In this document: positions 30,051 through 43,913 of the stretch, in pieces
Layout: each line of letters begins with the position of its first letter
Numbering within the stretch: the first letter of the stretch is position 1
NCBI RefSeq assembly: GCF_009914755.1
Contig: NC_060931.1
Origin: the human T2T-CHM13v2.0 reference genome, Homo sapiens
Length of the DNA: 64,000 bases
Strand: one strand, 5' to 3'
Notes under the pieces: model-generated
Seen by the model: only the letters and a program-made list of their open reading frames with translations
The model's database searches: none
What the model was told of the DNA's origin: nothing
Program-made: the position numbers and the translations under genes

Positions 30051-30257
30051 TAGGGGTTCTCAACTAGGGGTGAATGTGCTGCCCAGGGGACATTTGGCAG
30101 TGTCTGGAGACATTTTGGCATTACAGCTGGAGGTGGCTGGGGGTAGGGATGCTCCTGGCACCTGGTGGGTAAAGGCCAGGGATGCTGCTGAGCAGCTTAA
30201 CAATGCACAGGAAATACCATTCCAAAATGTCAGTAGTGGTAAGGCTGGGAAATCCTG
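30051..30257. mobile_element. MER20 hAT MITE
   Basis: ggttctcaactagggg...ggggacatttggcagtgtctggagacatttt...ccaaaatgtcagtagtg. Confidence 0.88.
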
Positions 30258-30469
30258 ACCTACATTATCTACTTGATCTTTAACAGAGGCTCTGTGACCT
30301 TGTGAATTGTATGTTTCTCTGACTCGGTTATCCATGGGACCCTAATCTAACACTTCCATATCCCCAGTGGCCTAGCACAACACCTTATCCAGAACAGGTT
30401 CTTAATAAATATATCAGTAATCATGAGTCATTCTTCTCTTCTTCAACACTCCCTTTGCTGTTCCACAGA

Positions 30470-31056
30470 TAATTACTGAATATCTTTTTGAGGTGGTACC
30501 AAGTTGGACCCTGAGGATAACATGTAAGTGATAGAGACATGCCCCTGCCTTCAAGAAGCTTATAGTCTAGAGGAGAACAAGTGATGAGTGCCAGGGAGGA
30601 GATCTGGGGGATCTATGGGTCTATGGGCAAGGAAAAGCATAGCAGGGATAAATAATAGGGGGCAGCGGGGTTGGGGGGGACAGGATGGTGAGAGAGGCTT
30701 CCTGGAGGAAGAGACCATTAAGAGACAGGCACCTGAAAGATGACAAACAGCTAAACAAAGGAAGAAAAAGAAGTATTTGGCCTGGCACGGTGGTTCACGC
30801 CTATAATCCCAGCACTTTGGGAGGCCGAGGTGGGCAGATCACCTGAGGTCAGGAGTTCAAGATCAGCCTGGCCAACATGGCGAAACCCCATCTCTACTAA
30901 AAATAGAAAATTAGCTGGGTGTGGTGGTGGGAGCCTGTCATCCCAGCTACTCAGGAGGCTGAGGCAGGGGAATCACTTGAACCAGGGATGCAGAGGTTGC
31001 AGTGAGCTGAGATCATGCCACTGCACTCCAGCGTAAGTGACAGAGTGAGACTCTGC

Positions 31057-31089
<33 letters not shown>

Positions 31090-31315
31090 AGCATTCTAGG
31101 CATGAAAATATTATGTACAAAGGCCAAGAGATAAGAAAGTAACACAAATATGAGGCCTATGGTCAGGCCGTGAGGGCCAAGTTAAAGGAAATGAAGGGCC
31201 TGTAGGTCACATGCAAGTGTTTGAATTGTATACCAAGGATAACAGGAGGCCATTGAAAGGCTTTAAAGAAAAGAGTGACAGAATCTGATTTTGTTTTTAA
31301 AAAATGACTCTGGAC
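30470..31315 (-). mobile_element. L2 fragment hosting the AluSx and the L1MA block; resumes near 33395
   Basis: cccctgccttcaagaagcttatagtctag...ggcttcctggaggaag...ggccattgaaaggctttaa. Confidence 0.65.
30779..31083 (+). mobile_element. Alu, AluSx-like
   Basis: Full dimer, long A tail, TSD aaagaag(t/c)att. Confidence 0.95.
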
Positions 31316-32073
31316 AGGGAAATGTAAATCAAAACTACAATATCATGTCATAGATGTTGGGATGACTATTACCAAAAAAACAAAAGATAAGAGTTGGCGA
31401 GGCTGTAGAGGAATTGGAACCTTTGTACACTGTTGGCGGAAATGTAAAATGCTGCAGTCACTGTGAAAAACAATATAGAGGTTTCACAAAAAATTAAAAA
31501 TAGAGTTATCATACGACCCAGCAATCTCACCTCTGGGTATATACCCAAAAGAACTGAAGTCACTAAGAACTAAGATCTTGAAGAGATTTATGCACTTCCA
31601 TGTTTAACGCAGCATTATTCACAATAGCCGAAAGATGGAAGCATCCTAAATGTCCATTGAAGGGTGGATGGATAAGAAAATGTGGTATATACATACAATA
31701 GAATATTATTTAGCCTTAAAAAAGAAGGAAATCCTGCCATATGAAACACCACGGATGAACTTGGATGATGGTATGCCAAGTAAATACCAGCCACAGTAGG
31801 ACAGATACTGCATGATTCTACTTATATAAGGTATCTAAAATAATCAAACACATAGAAGCAGAAAGTAGAATGATTGTTGCCAGGAACTGGTGGGGGTTGC
31901 AGGGAGATTAGGAGCTTTTCAATGGGGATAAAGTTTCAGTTATGCAAGATCAATGAGTTCTAGAGATCTCCTGTATAACATAAGTGTCTGTAGTTAACAG
32001 TACTGTATTATGCACTTAAAATTTTTGTTAAAAGGGGTCCATCCCTTAAATTTTTGTTAAAGGGTTAAGTGTT

Positions 32074-33172
<1,099 letters not shown>

Positions 33173-34356
33173 TTCTTACCACAAAGTGGGGTGAGGCACA
33201 AAGAAACTTTTGGAGGTGATGGATATGCTTATTACCTTGATTATGGTGATAATTTCATGGGTATATGCATATATTCAAACTCATCAAATTGTATGCATTA
33301 AATACTATATGTGCAGTCTTTGGAATATCAATTATACCTCAATAAAGCTGTTTTTTTTTTTAAATTTTTTTTAAGAGTTTTGGCTTAAAAGACAAGAAAG
33401 TCACCCTGGGCGCTGTGTGTAGTCTGGGCTGGGAAGTTGATGGTTGTAACAATCACAGAGAGGAATTTCTTCAGGGCAACAAAGTACCCCTACAATTTGA
33501 TATTATGGTTTTGAAATGTGTAAGGGATGGCTGAGTCCTTCAAATTCTAATCAAGGAAGGTAATTGCAAAACACAAAAGTTTAAATCTTTTCCATTTTAT
33601 TACACTCAGTCTGAAGAAAGACTGCACTGCTATAAGGTCTTGGCAGCCTAGGGCCAAACGCTAGGAACAGAAAGTGAACATTTTAGCAGTGTGTCTTCAG
33701 CACCAGTGTCCAGACTTGTAGGTGCAGCCTAATGGTATAAATAAGCATATTAGTCTACTGCAACTTGATGGCACCAGCTGTTAATTTCATCCTGCCTAGT
33801 AGACATTCAATTAATATTTGTTTGCTGTAAATTGTATTAAATTGGATTCCATGCTCACCAAACAACTTTCTGATCACAATTTGGCTTCCTGTGAATCTTG
33901 TCTATGAACATAAAATGTACTGATTAGCTGACACAAACTTTTGAGTCTGGTTGACATTTGTATTTTTTCCATGATTAAGTTGGCACTATCACTGACAAAT
34001 CCATATCCATTGTGTTTGGTCAGGATAGCCAACACTTGTGGTTGTTTATCTAACATCCATCTCCCATGTCCCCCTCCAGTCAGTAAAACTTTTCCAATCA
34101 GTTACCTGTCCTTGTGCTTTTTGGCTAACTGACCCGACTTCCAGCTCCAGGCAGCCCCTGATTGTTTTTAGCCAATAATCACATTACACCACAGCCACAT
34201 GGATGGTTTCAGATTTTGGCACATGACCTAACCCAATCTAATCTGAGTGAAACTCAAAAGTCTTGCCTAGAAAACTGGAACAGAAATGATTTCTATTCCT
34301 GAGGATGAAGGAGGAAGCATGTTGCTCCTGGACATCACGGGAAGCCGGTTAGCTAT

Positions 34357-34779
34357 TTTGATGCTTAACTTTAAGTGCCAACGTCACTAGGCTATAATGC
34401 TCCAATGCTTGGTCAAATATCAGTCTAGATGCTGCTGAAGGGATTTTAAATATTTGATTTACTTTGAGTGAAGTAGATTACTCTCCATAATATGGGTGGA
34501 CCTCATCCAATCAGTTGAAGGCCATAAGAGAAAAAGAGTGGGGTTCCCTGAGGAAGAGGGATGCCGGCTTGCAGGCGGCCTCCAGACAAGACTGCAGCAT
34601 GAACTCTTTACTGGATCCTCAGCCTACTGGCCTGCCCTGCAGATTTTCGACTTGCTAGCCCCTATGATTTCATAAGCCAATTCCTTAAAATAAATATATC
34701 TCTCTCTTTCTCTCTTGCTCTCTCTAACCCTTTCTCTCTACTCTTGGTTCTGTTTCTCTGGAGAACCTTGACTAATATA
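34357..34779 (+). mobile_element. MLT2 (ERVL) solo LTR, MLT2C/D-like
   Basis: ccataatatgggtggacctcatccaatcagttgaaggcc...ggttctgtttctctggagaaccttgactaata; TSD gctat/gctaa; nested in an older LTR16-like relic (about 34010-35530). Confidence 0.85.
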
Positions 34780-34900
34780 GCTAACACTCATACAGCTACT
34801 TTGGTCTGAGAATAAAGCTGACACACAGAGTAGAGCAGAGTGAGACAATGATTTATGGGTCACAAGCCAGAACCTGGACCAAACCCAGTCCGAAGCCCAC

Positions 34901-35430
34901 ATGTATCAGCCAGGATGATCTCAGCAGCAGGGGACAGAAAACCTAACTACCTTCAGTAGTGTGTAAACGTTTGCATTGCAAAGTAGAAATTCCAGTGGTA
35001 GAACAGGCTTCAGGTCAATTGATTCAGCAGCTCAGTGATGTCATCAGAAGGCAGGTTCTTTGCTTTGCTCTACTATCCAGAGTGCCTCATCTCAACTCTC
35101 TCATCCTTGTACTTATTAGCTAACATTGACAACATTCAGGGCTACTCACTTCCTCCATCACATCCAGTGGAAGGGATTGGATTTCCATGGTTCTGATTCT
35201 CAAAAATGAGTGTGATCCTTCATATCACATTAGCCCAAATTGACATAGGTTCACCCATCCCTTAAACAATCACTCTCAAAGGGGAGGGAAAAGCAGGGAG
35301 ATTATCATGATTGACTTAAATTAGTCAAGACTGACCCTCAGAGCCTGGCCAGTTCCTTAACCTGCACTGCAGCTACACAATGAGGATAGATGGACTGGAC
35401 AGTAGGCAGGCAACAATAAGGTCCCCTGCA
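34901..35430 (-). mobile_element. Ancient ERVL/MaLR-type LTR relic
   Basis: tgtatcagccaggat...gggacagaaaacctaact...ggcttcagg...gctcagtgatgtcatcag. Confidence 0.5.
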
Positions 35431-35625
35431 GACACCAACTGCTACATTTTCAGATGTATCAGCTAATAACATTGCCTGTTCAAACAATTTTAAATTGGGC
35501 TTTTAGTGATTTACTATCAACTGCTATAGCAGCCAATGAACCCATCCTCAAGGTCTGATGGCCGCTGGGTACCTTCACAAAATCAAGTTCCCGGACCTTC
35601 AGGACTGAAGACAAGACCCAGACCC

Positions 35626-35725
35626 TATTTATTTTTTATTTTATTTTTTTGAGGCAGGGTCACGCTCTGTCACTCAGGCTGGAGTGCAGCGGCATGAACA
35701 TGACTCACTGCAGCCTCAATCTCTC
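35626..35725 (-). mobile_element. AluJ/FRAM right-arm fragment
   Basis: ttttttgaggcagggtcacgctctgtcactcaggctggagtgcagc...ctcactgcagcctc. Confidence 0.85.
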
Positions 35726-36049
35726 AGACCAGCCCCTAAATCATGATGAGCTCCTGGGCTGCATTGCCCTCTGAGGTCTTGTTTCCCTAGTCCATGTGTG
35801 TGCGTTACCTCCACCCTCCTTTTACCCATACCACCTGTAAAACTCTCTGGATCTGTCACTCACCTAGCTCATTAGCACCCTCTGAGCCCCAGACTCCATA
35901 ATTAACCACCACAGGGCATCCCCTTCTCCCTGACCCATGGCCCCTGACTTTCTGTCATGTCTTGGGCATGGGTCATCAACCCAGGATTACACCCATTGCA
36001 TGCTTGCCTTGCTGCTACTACTGGGCTCCCAGAGGGGGAAAAAATCACT

Positions 36050-36260
36050 AATATTTTTCTATTAACTTACTCAGCACCAGGTGAGATGGTTTCCAATTTA
36101 AGTCTCGTAATAACTTTAAGGAAAGGGTATCAGAATCCTTATTTAACAAATGAGGAAACTGTGGCCCAGGAAGGTTAAACAACTTGACCAGTGTCATGCT
36201 GCTAGGAAGGGACTTAAGTGTTGGTTGATCTCCTCCCAAGCCTGCACTATTTCTGTTGCA
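36050..36260 (-). mobile_element. MIR
   Basis: caaatgaggaaactgtggcccaggaaggttaaacaacttgacc. Confidence 0.75.
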
Positions 36261-36580
36261 CCATGAAAAATCATGCTAGCCTAGTCCACTATAGAATCTT
36301 GTGGCCCAGTTTCCATTTGAAAGTTATGTGTACACTATACTATAGTCTATTGCGTGCAAGAGCATCACATCTTTTAAAAAGAATGTACAAAAAGCAGTAT
36401 CATACTATGCATGTTATCCAGCAAATTGTTCTCACTTGACAATAATGTCCTTCAATGATGTACCTGATTCTTTTTTAATACTTGCATAACTGTCCTTTCT
36501 AATTCAATCGTGCCCTATAGATAATTGCTTATTCCTCCTGTTTTTCTCTATGCTTCAATGAGCATTCTTTCAGACATTTG

Positions 36581-36981
<401 letters not shown>

Positions 36982-37394
36982 AAGTTGTTATCATGTATAT
37001 TCTTTTGAGTGTTTTACAACACAGGGAAAAAAAATATTAAAAGGCAATTATCCCTTGCCAGACAGGGGAAACATAACTAGCTTATTAGCTATAATAAAGC
37101 CGAGCTATTAATTAAATGCACTCCTTTTGGATTCTAAAGGATGTTCTCTGTCTGCTCCCTTAAATAGATTCTGTTTAAAAGCCAAGAAATTTCAAAGCCT
37201 TTCTTTTCATTTTTCCACCTGAGAAAATTATTTAGACTTGATGTGTGACTAAAATATGTTTTAAAGATTCTAGAGATTTGCTATGAAATTCACAAATTAG
37301 TATATTTAGACACAGACACCGCATGATGAAAGAATGCCAACCTTTACTCTTTGGGATACTCATATCACCCAGGCTGAATTACCCGTAGGTGCAC

Positions 37395-37575
37395 AAAAGA
37401 ACCACCTTAAACTTGTGGATACATCAGAATCACCTGGAGGGCTCATTAAACAACTTATTGCTGGGTCCTACCCACACAGTTTCTGATTCCAAAGGCCTAG
37501 GGTGAGGCCAAGAATGTGCATTTCTCTCAAGTTCCCAGGTAATGCTGATGCTGCTAGCCTGGGGAACCACCACTC
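37395..37575. mobile_element. MER5A
   Basis: catcagaatcacctggaggg...gaatgtgcatttctctcaagttcccaggtaatgctgatgctgct. Confidence 0.85.
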
Positions 37576-37899
37576 TTCATAAACTCTGAACCCAAACCTC
37601 AGAGAATCTTCTTCCAGACTCTTCTATTATGTAAAATTCTATCGCAGATCAGTTTCTCTCAGCTAGAGACTTTCCTTCTGTTGAACCTCAGAGAAATTTA
37701 GAAATACGGCAAATTCTTACTAATCAAAGTATTTGAGGACAGGTGTGATAGGGAAGTGGCTCCAATATGTTGTTATAGAGGAAAGCATACTGAGGTTTGT
37801 TCTCTGAAAAGGAAGGGGATGGCTTACGATTGCTATTAATGCTCACAGAAAGGGTAAAGTTTTAAAGTAGTATCAGTTAAGGAGCTCAAATTTCTCATT

Positions 37900-38120
37900 T
37901 ACAGTGTTGGTGGGCACACCAACAACATCTGGGTCTGAATCCTGTCCCTGCCAATTAACTGTGCGACCTTAAGCAACTTACTTAACCTGTCAGTGCCTCA
38001 GTGCCCTCATCTGTAAAATGAAGATGATAATAGTAATAGTTACCTTATAGAGTTATTAAGAGGATGTGCTAGGTATAGAATCCGACGTGTGGGAAGGACT
38101 TCGTGAGTGCCTGCATTATC
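37900..38120 (+). mobile_element. MIR
   Basis: aattaactgtgcgaccttaagcaacttacttaacctgtcagtgcctcagtgccctcatctgtaaaatg. Confidence 0.85.
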
Positions 38121-38158
38121 AGTTAGAACTCCAGTTCTGTATTAAGAAGAAAGCATTT

Positions 38159-38374
38159 GGCTGGGAGCGGTGGCTCACACCTGTAAACCCAGCATTTTGG
38201 GAAGCTGAGGTGGGTGGATCACTTGAGGTCAGGAGTTCAAGACCAGCCTGGCCAACACTGGTGAAACCCAATCTCTACTAAAAATACAAAAATTAGCAGG
38301 GTATGGTGGCATGCATCTGTAGTCCCAGCTACTCAAGATTGCGCCACTGCAAAAAAAAAAAAAAAAAAAAAAAA
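38159..38374 (+). mobile_element. AluS with two deletions in the right arm
   Basis: Normal left arm; right arm reads cagctactc|aagattgcgccactgc|A27; TSD aaagcatt. Confidence 0.9.
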
Positions 38375-38379
38375 AAAGC

Positions 38380-38585
38380 ATTCTTTATGTAAGTGAATTT
38401 GAGAAACATTGAGTTAAACAATGTAAAGTGTCTTTTTTTGCAGGACTTCTCAGTACTCTCAGTACTTTTTATGTGCCCATGTACACCGTGAATCCTCTAA
38501 AGGAGGATATAAAACTTACTGTTCCCAGGGATTATTGATTTAGCCACAGAACTTTGTTGCAAGTAGCACTTTGAGGATAACAATT
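38380..38585. mobile_element. MER112-like hAT MITE relic
   Basis: tttgagaaacattgagttaaaca...tgcaggacttctcag...gtgaatcctctaaaggaggatata. Confidence 0.6.
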
Positions 38586-39400
38586 TTTAGAATATTGTTA
38601 CAATTACGGTAAAAGACTGGTATTTCTTGACTTAAATATACACTTGACAGAAATCAGCATATGACTCCAAACTAAGACATGGGGACAGGATTGGGGTAAA
38701 TTAAAAACGTTCTCATTACCCATAAGAATTTCCTACAGTCCTTCCGAAGTGGTAACATTTCCCTCATTCATTTCTTCATTCTTGCCCGCATTCAGTATTA
38801 CCAACAAATATTTTCTGAGTGCGTTTAAATAACAGGCACTGTAGGTACTAGGGATTCAAACGCTGAATAAAATATACAAAGTTCCTGTTCTCATGGAATT
38901 TGTCTTGTAGAAAACAGATGATATACAAATAAGCAAGTAAATGTATAGTATGTCAGATGGTGACAAGTACTAGGGAAAAAATGAGGTGAGACAAAGGGCT
39001 GAAGAAGACAGGTGTAGGGCAGTGAGCCATTTAAGCAGAGACCTGGGGGAAATGACGGGGCAAGCTGCAGGGACACCCAAGGAGGAATTCAGAGCAGGAA
39101 AAGGGAAGTAAGTACAAACAAATATCTTAAAGTGGGAGAAAGCCTGATGGCAGAAGCCAAGAAAGTAAATGAGGGAAAGAGAGAAAAAAGAGAAAGTTGG
39201 AGCCCAGAGAGAACCCTACTATGGGGAAGATGATGCTAGCTGTCCCACTGCAGAGCAAATCACCCCAAACTTTGTGGCTTAGAAGAACAATAACTATTTA
39301 TTTCCTCCCCCAGCAGTTTCTGTATGGAGGAATTTGGGAGTGGTCTAGCTGGGCAATTCTGACTTGGAGTTCTTCATGAGATTCAGTCAGGTGTCGGGTG

Positions 39401-39653
39401 TTAGTCCCTTGGAGGTACTGGAAGAAAACTCATCATCAGTGGAATAGAAAGAACCAAGGAAGGCCGGGAGCAGTGGTTCATGCCTGTAATCCCAGCACTT
39501 TGGGAGGCCAAGGCAGGAGGATTGCTTGAAGTCAGGAGTCCAAGACTAGCGTAGGCAACATAGAGAGATCTTGTCTCTACTAAAAAACAAAAAAACTTAG
39601 CTGGGTGTGGTGGTGTGCACCTATAGTCCCAACTACTCGGGAAGCTTAGGAGA
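39401..39653 (-). repeat. Inverted duplicate of 42885-43136 (non-Alu flank plus partial Alu)
   Basis: First 65 nt are the exact reverse complement of 43072-43136; about 95% identity overall by manual alignment. Confidence 0.95.
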
Positions 39654-39807
39654 TGCAAACATCTGGAAGCTTCAGATGCAAACATCTGAAGCCTGGATAA
39701 GGCTGGAAGAGGTTCATCACACAGCCAAAGAGTTGGTGTCAGCTGGTGCTCAGGACACTCCATTCCTCTCTGTGTGGTCTCTCCACAGAGCTGTCTGAGG
39801 GCTCTGC

Positions 39808-40536
39808 TGTATAGGCCCAATGGGTTCTTCTTGCTTGCTACACAGACAAAACTGTTGTTACTCAAATCAGTCTCCCCAAGAACTCAGAGGCTAGGTTTTT
39901 TTTGCGGGGGTAAGCAGGGGCTAGGGAATGGGGGCTGCTGATTGGTTGGGGATGAACTCATAGGGGCATGCAGAAGCATCCTCATGAGCTGAGTCTGCCT
40001 CTGGGTCTGGAGGCCACAGGACCAGCTGAGTCATGAATCACAGGTCTGGGTGGAATAGGTTGGTTGCAAGAATGCAAAAGTCTGAAAAGCATCTCAAAAG
40101 AGCAATCTTAGGTTTTACAATAGTGATGCTATCTACAGGTGCAACTGGGAAAGTCACATATGTTATGACCTCAGGCCACATGACTTCTGATCAGCAAGAG
40201 ATTATAGAAAAGCAAGCTAGGAGACAATAGCTGGTTATCGTTTCGCTACACCTACATCTTAGCAGAATTCAGGCCCCTCCCACAATCCTAATCTCACGGC
40301 CCTACACTCATCTTACAAAGGCAGTTTGGGACCCCAGACAAGGAGGGGACCAGTTTCAGGGAGAGACTATTATTAACCTCACTTTAAAATTGAGCTGTAA
40401 ACTAAATTCTTCCCATGGTTAACTTGGCCTATGCCCAGTAATGAGCAAGGACAGCCAGCCTGTGAGGCTAGAAGCAAGATGGAGTCAGCCATGCTGGACT
40501 TCTCTTGTGGTCATAATCTTTGCAAAGGTGATTTCC
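39808..40536 (-). mobile_element. ERV1 solo LTR, LTR8/LTR8A-like
   Basis: tgtataggcccaatgggttcttcttgc...ttactcaaatcagtctcccc...agaagcaagatggagtc...tttgcaaaggtgatttc; perfect 4-bp TSD ctgc. Confidence 0.85.
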
Positions 40537-41809
40537 CTGCATGGTCTTTGGCTTCCCTCAGAGAAAATAATTCAAGAGACTGACACAGAAGCTGCAATGC
40601 CTTTTGTGACCTAACTGGAAGTCACACACTGATTCCTGATTCCGCATAGAAGGGATTCTCCGGGTAGGAACATCAGGATGTGAGGATCACTGAAAGCCAT
40701 TTTAGAGTTGGGTTACCACACCATTGCAAGGTCGTTAGCTTTTACTCTGAATAAGAGGGGAGGTTTGGGATAGAAGAGTAATTCAATCTGCCTTATGTTT
40801 CAGAAGGACTCATCTGAGTGCTGCATTAAGAATAGACCATGAAGGGGTGGGTTGAAAGAGTGGGAACGAGGAGAACAGCAGTGCAGCAATCTCAAGAATC
40901 CAGGTGAGAGGTTCTGGTGGCTTGGACTTAATGGTAGTGGTAAAGGTGGTAAGAAGTAGATGGATCCTTCTGGCTATTCTTTGAAGTTAGAGGCAACAGA
41001 ATTCCTGATGGATTAAATGCATGGGCTGTGGAAAAAGAAGAGTAAAAAATGACGCCAAGGCTCTTGACCTTGGAGTAGCCTGGTTGAATAGCCATTGCCC
41101 TCTTCTATATCCTAGCACCAGGCCCATCCTTTGCCATGGAAACTCATGGAATTAGGAGGAGAGCTGCCAGGGTATTGATAGAGTATTACCCACAGTCTGT
41201 CTAAATGGCACTAATTTAACACCCTGGCATTTTGCACAAAAGAATCCAAGTGTCATTTCAAATAAAATATAGAAACCAAAATTGTTGTAAGTCATTAAGA
41301 AGTTTTAAGGCACAGACATTCCCAAAACTATGGCTAGGTTAATTATAATCTCTCTGCCCCAATTCCCCTTACCTGGCAGTTTTTAGATCACAAAATATTG
41401 CTTTTCATTTTTCTTGTTTTAATTCCACATTAACAGAAAGAATCCTGGAATCTGTCAGCTGTAGAACATGTTCAACCGTTACACAATTTTAAATAATCTT
41501 TCTTTCCTTTATAATAAAAGCAATATTTATTTAAAACTTTTAACTTTTCCAAGCATTAAAAAATTGCTCCTCTGATCTGATGTCAGAAACTTTATGCTGA
41601 ATATTCCAAATCATTTTGGAGATCAGTATTCTACAGAACAATGTCAGAGTACACTTACAGCTTAATTGCCTGGGAACTAATCTCTAAAATAAATTTGTGT
41701 TTTCTTAGGTCCTGAGTTTTGAGACCCTTGCAAATTGGCAAAACAATTTTATTCCAATCTTCTGAGACTCCACATTTAATTCTAAGACTGGGTCTTTGAA
41801 AGGATTGTC

Positions 41810-42360
41810 ATTGATTCACTCACTTATTCAATATTGACTCCACAATTACATTTGAGTCTTGTTCTCTGTGCTGGTGATTCGCAAGTGGACAAATCCTTGA
41901 CCTCAAGGAGCTTACACTATATTGGGAAAGACAGATGAGAAAACTGATGAGGTGCTACTATAGAGTAAAAGCAGGGGACTATAGGAACACATAAGAAGGA
42001 CCACTAGCCCAGTCATGAAGAGTCAAAGAAGTGAGGTTATCAAGCCAAGACCTGAAACACAGGGAAGAGTGCAAGGGTGCTCCAAGAAAGAGGGAACTTG
42101 GCACAAGAAAGTGTGAGGGATACTCAATGAACAGCAAGCCAATTCAATAAGGTTGAAGTTTAAGGTGGATGGTGGAAACTGAAAAGACATCTGGAGAGGT
42201 AAGCTGGTGCCAATCCAGGAAAAGCTTAACTTAAATTTCAAGGTGTTTAGCCAGATGGCAATGGGGAATCACTGAACAGTTTCCAGCAGGGCATCATTAG
42301 AATTAGTTGGTGTTTTGGAAAGATCACTCTGGCTATAGTTCAGAGCAAGGACTTGAGGGA
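41810..42360 (-). mobile_element. L2 fragment
   Basis: attcactcacttattcaat...ccttgacctcaaggagcttac...ggcaatggggaatcactgaa...gaaagatcactctggct. Confidence 0.7.
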
Positions 42361-42407
42361 ATCCAACCTTTGCTCCACCTCTTCATCCTACCATTACATT
42401 CAAGTAA

Positions 42408-43075
<668 letters not shown>

Positions 43076-43538
43076 TTCCTTGGTTCTTTCTATTCCACTG
43101 ATGATGAGTTTTCTTCCAGTACCTCCAAGGGACTAAGCTCTCATTTCCACTTCTCAGGGACCCCAAATGGGTTGTTTTCTCTGCCTAGAATACTGGACTC
43201 ATCTGTCTGTGACTTTTAATGCCTTTCATTCAGATCTCAGCCTAACCTTTACTTTCTCAGAGATGGGATCTCTTGATTAAATGATGCCTCTCACCCCTAC
43301 CCACTACACTCTAGACCCTCTTATTACACCAGTGTCCCCATCACCTAGCACAATACTGGTCAGTGTATTACTCAATCATTATATATTGAATAAATGAATG
43401 AAGGTAAGGAGAGAGTCAGGAGGCGTTGCCTAAACTGAAGGATTAGAGGGAAAGGATTTGAGTTTTGAGTGGTAAGAGTGACTAGACTTGAAAATTAACT
43501 GGAAATGGGAAAAATAATTGGGAAAAAACATAGGCACT

Positions 43539-43913
43539 TGTATTAGTCCATTCTCATGCTGCTATAAAGAACTGCCTAAGACTGGATAATTTATAAAGGA
43601 AAGAGGTTTAATTGACTCACAGTTCCACATTGCTGGGGAAGCCTCAGGAAACTTACAATCATAGCAGAAGGGGAAGCAAACATGTCTTTCATCACAAGGC
43701 AATAGGAGAGAGAAATGCCAAGCAAGGGGGAAAGCCCCCCATAAAACCAACAGATCTCGTGAGAACTTACTCACTATCTCGAGAACAGCAACAATGGGGT
43801 AACTGCCCCCATGGTTCAATTAATTCCCGCCAGGCCCCTCCCATGACACATGGGGATTATGAGAACTGCAGTTCGATATGAGATTTGGGCGGGGACACAG
43901 CCAAACCATATCA
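43539..43913 (-). mobile_element. THE1 (C/D-like) solo LTR
   Basis: tgtattagtccattctcatgctgctataaag ... gacacagccaaaccatatca; 375 bp; TSD gcact/gctct. Confidence 0.92.

Larger units (their letters stand above)
39235..40720 (-). mobile_element. MLT1 (F/G/H-like) MaLR LTR, interrupted twice
   Basis: caaatcaccccaaactttgtggcttag...ctagctgggcaattctg; resumes catctgaagcctgg; ends gccattttagagttgggttaccaca. Confidence 0.75.
38770..41070 (-). mobile_element. L2 (L2a-like) split by an MLT1 LTR block
   Basis: caacaaatattttctgagtg...cctgttctcatggaattt; resumes after 40720 (gctttttactctga...aatccaggtgagag...aatgacgccaagg). Confidence 0.7.
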
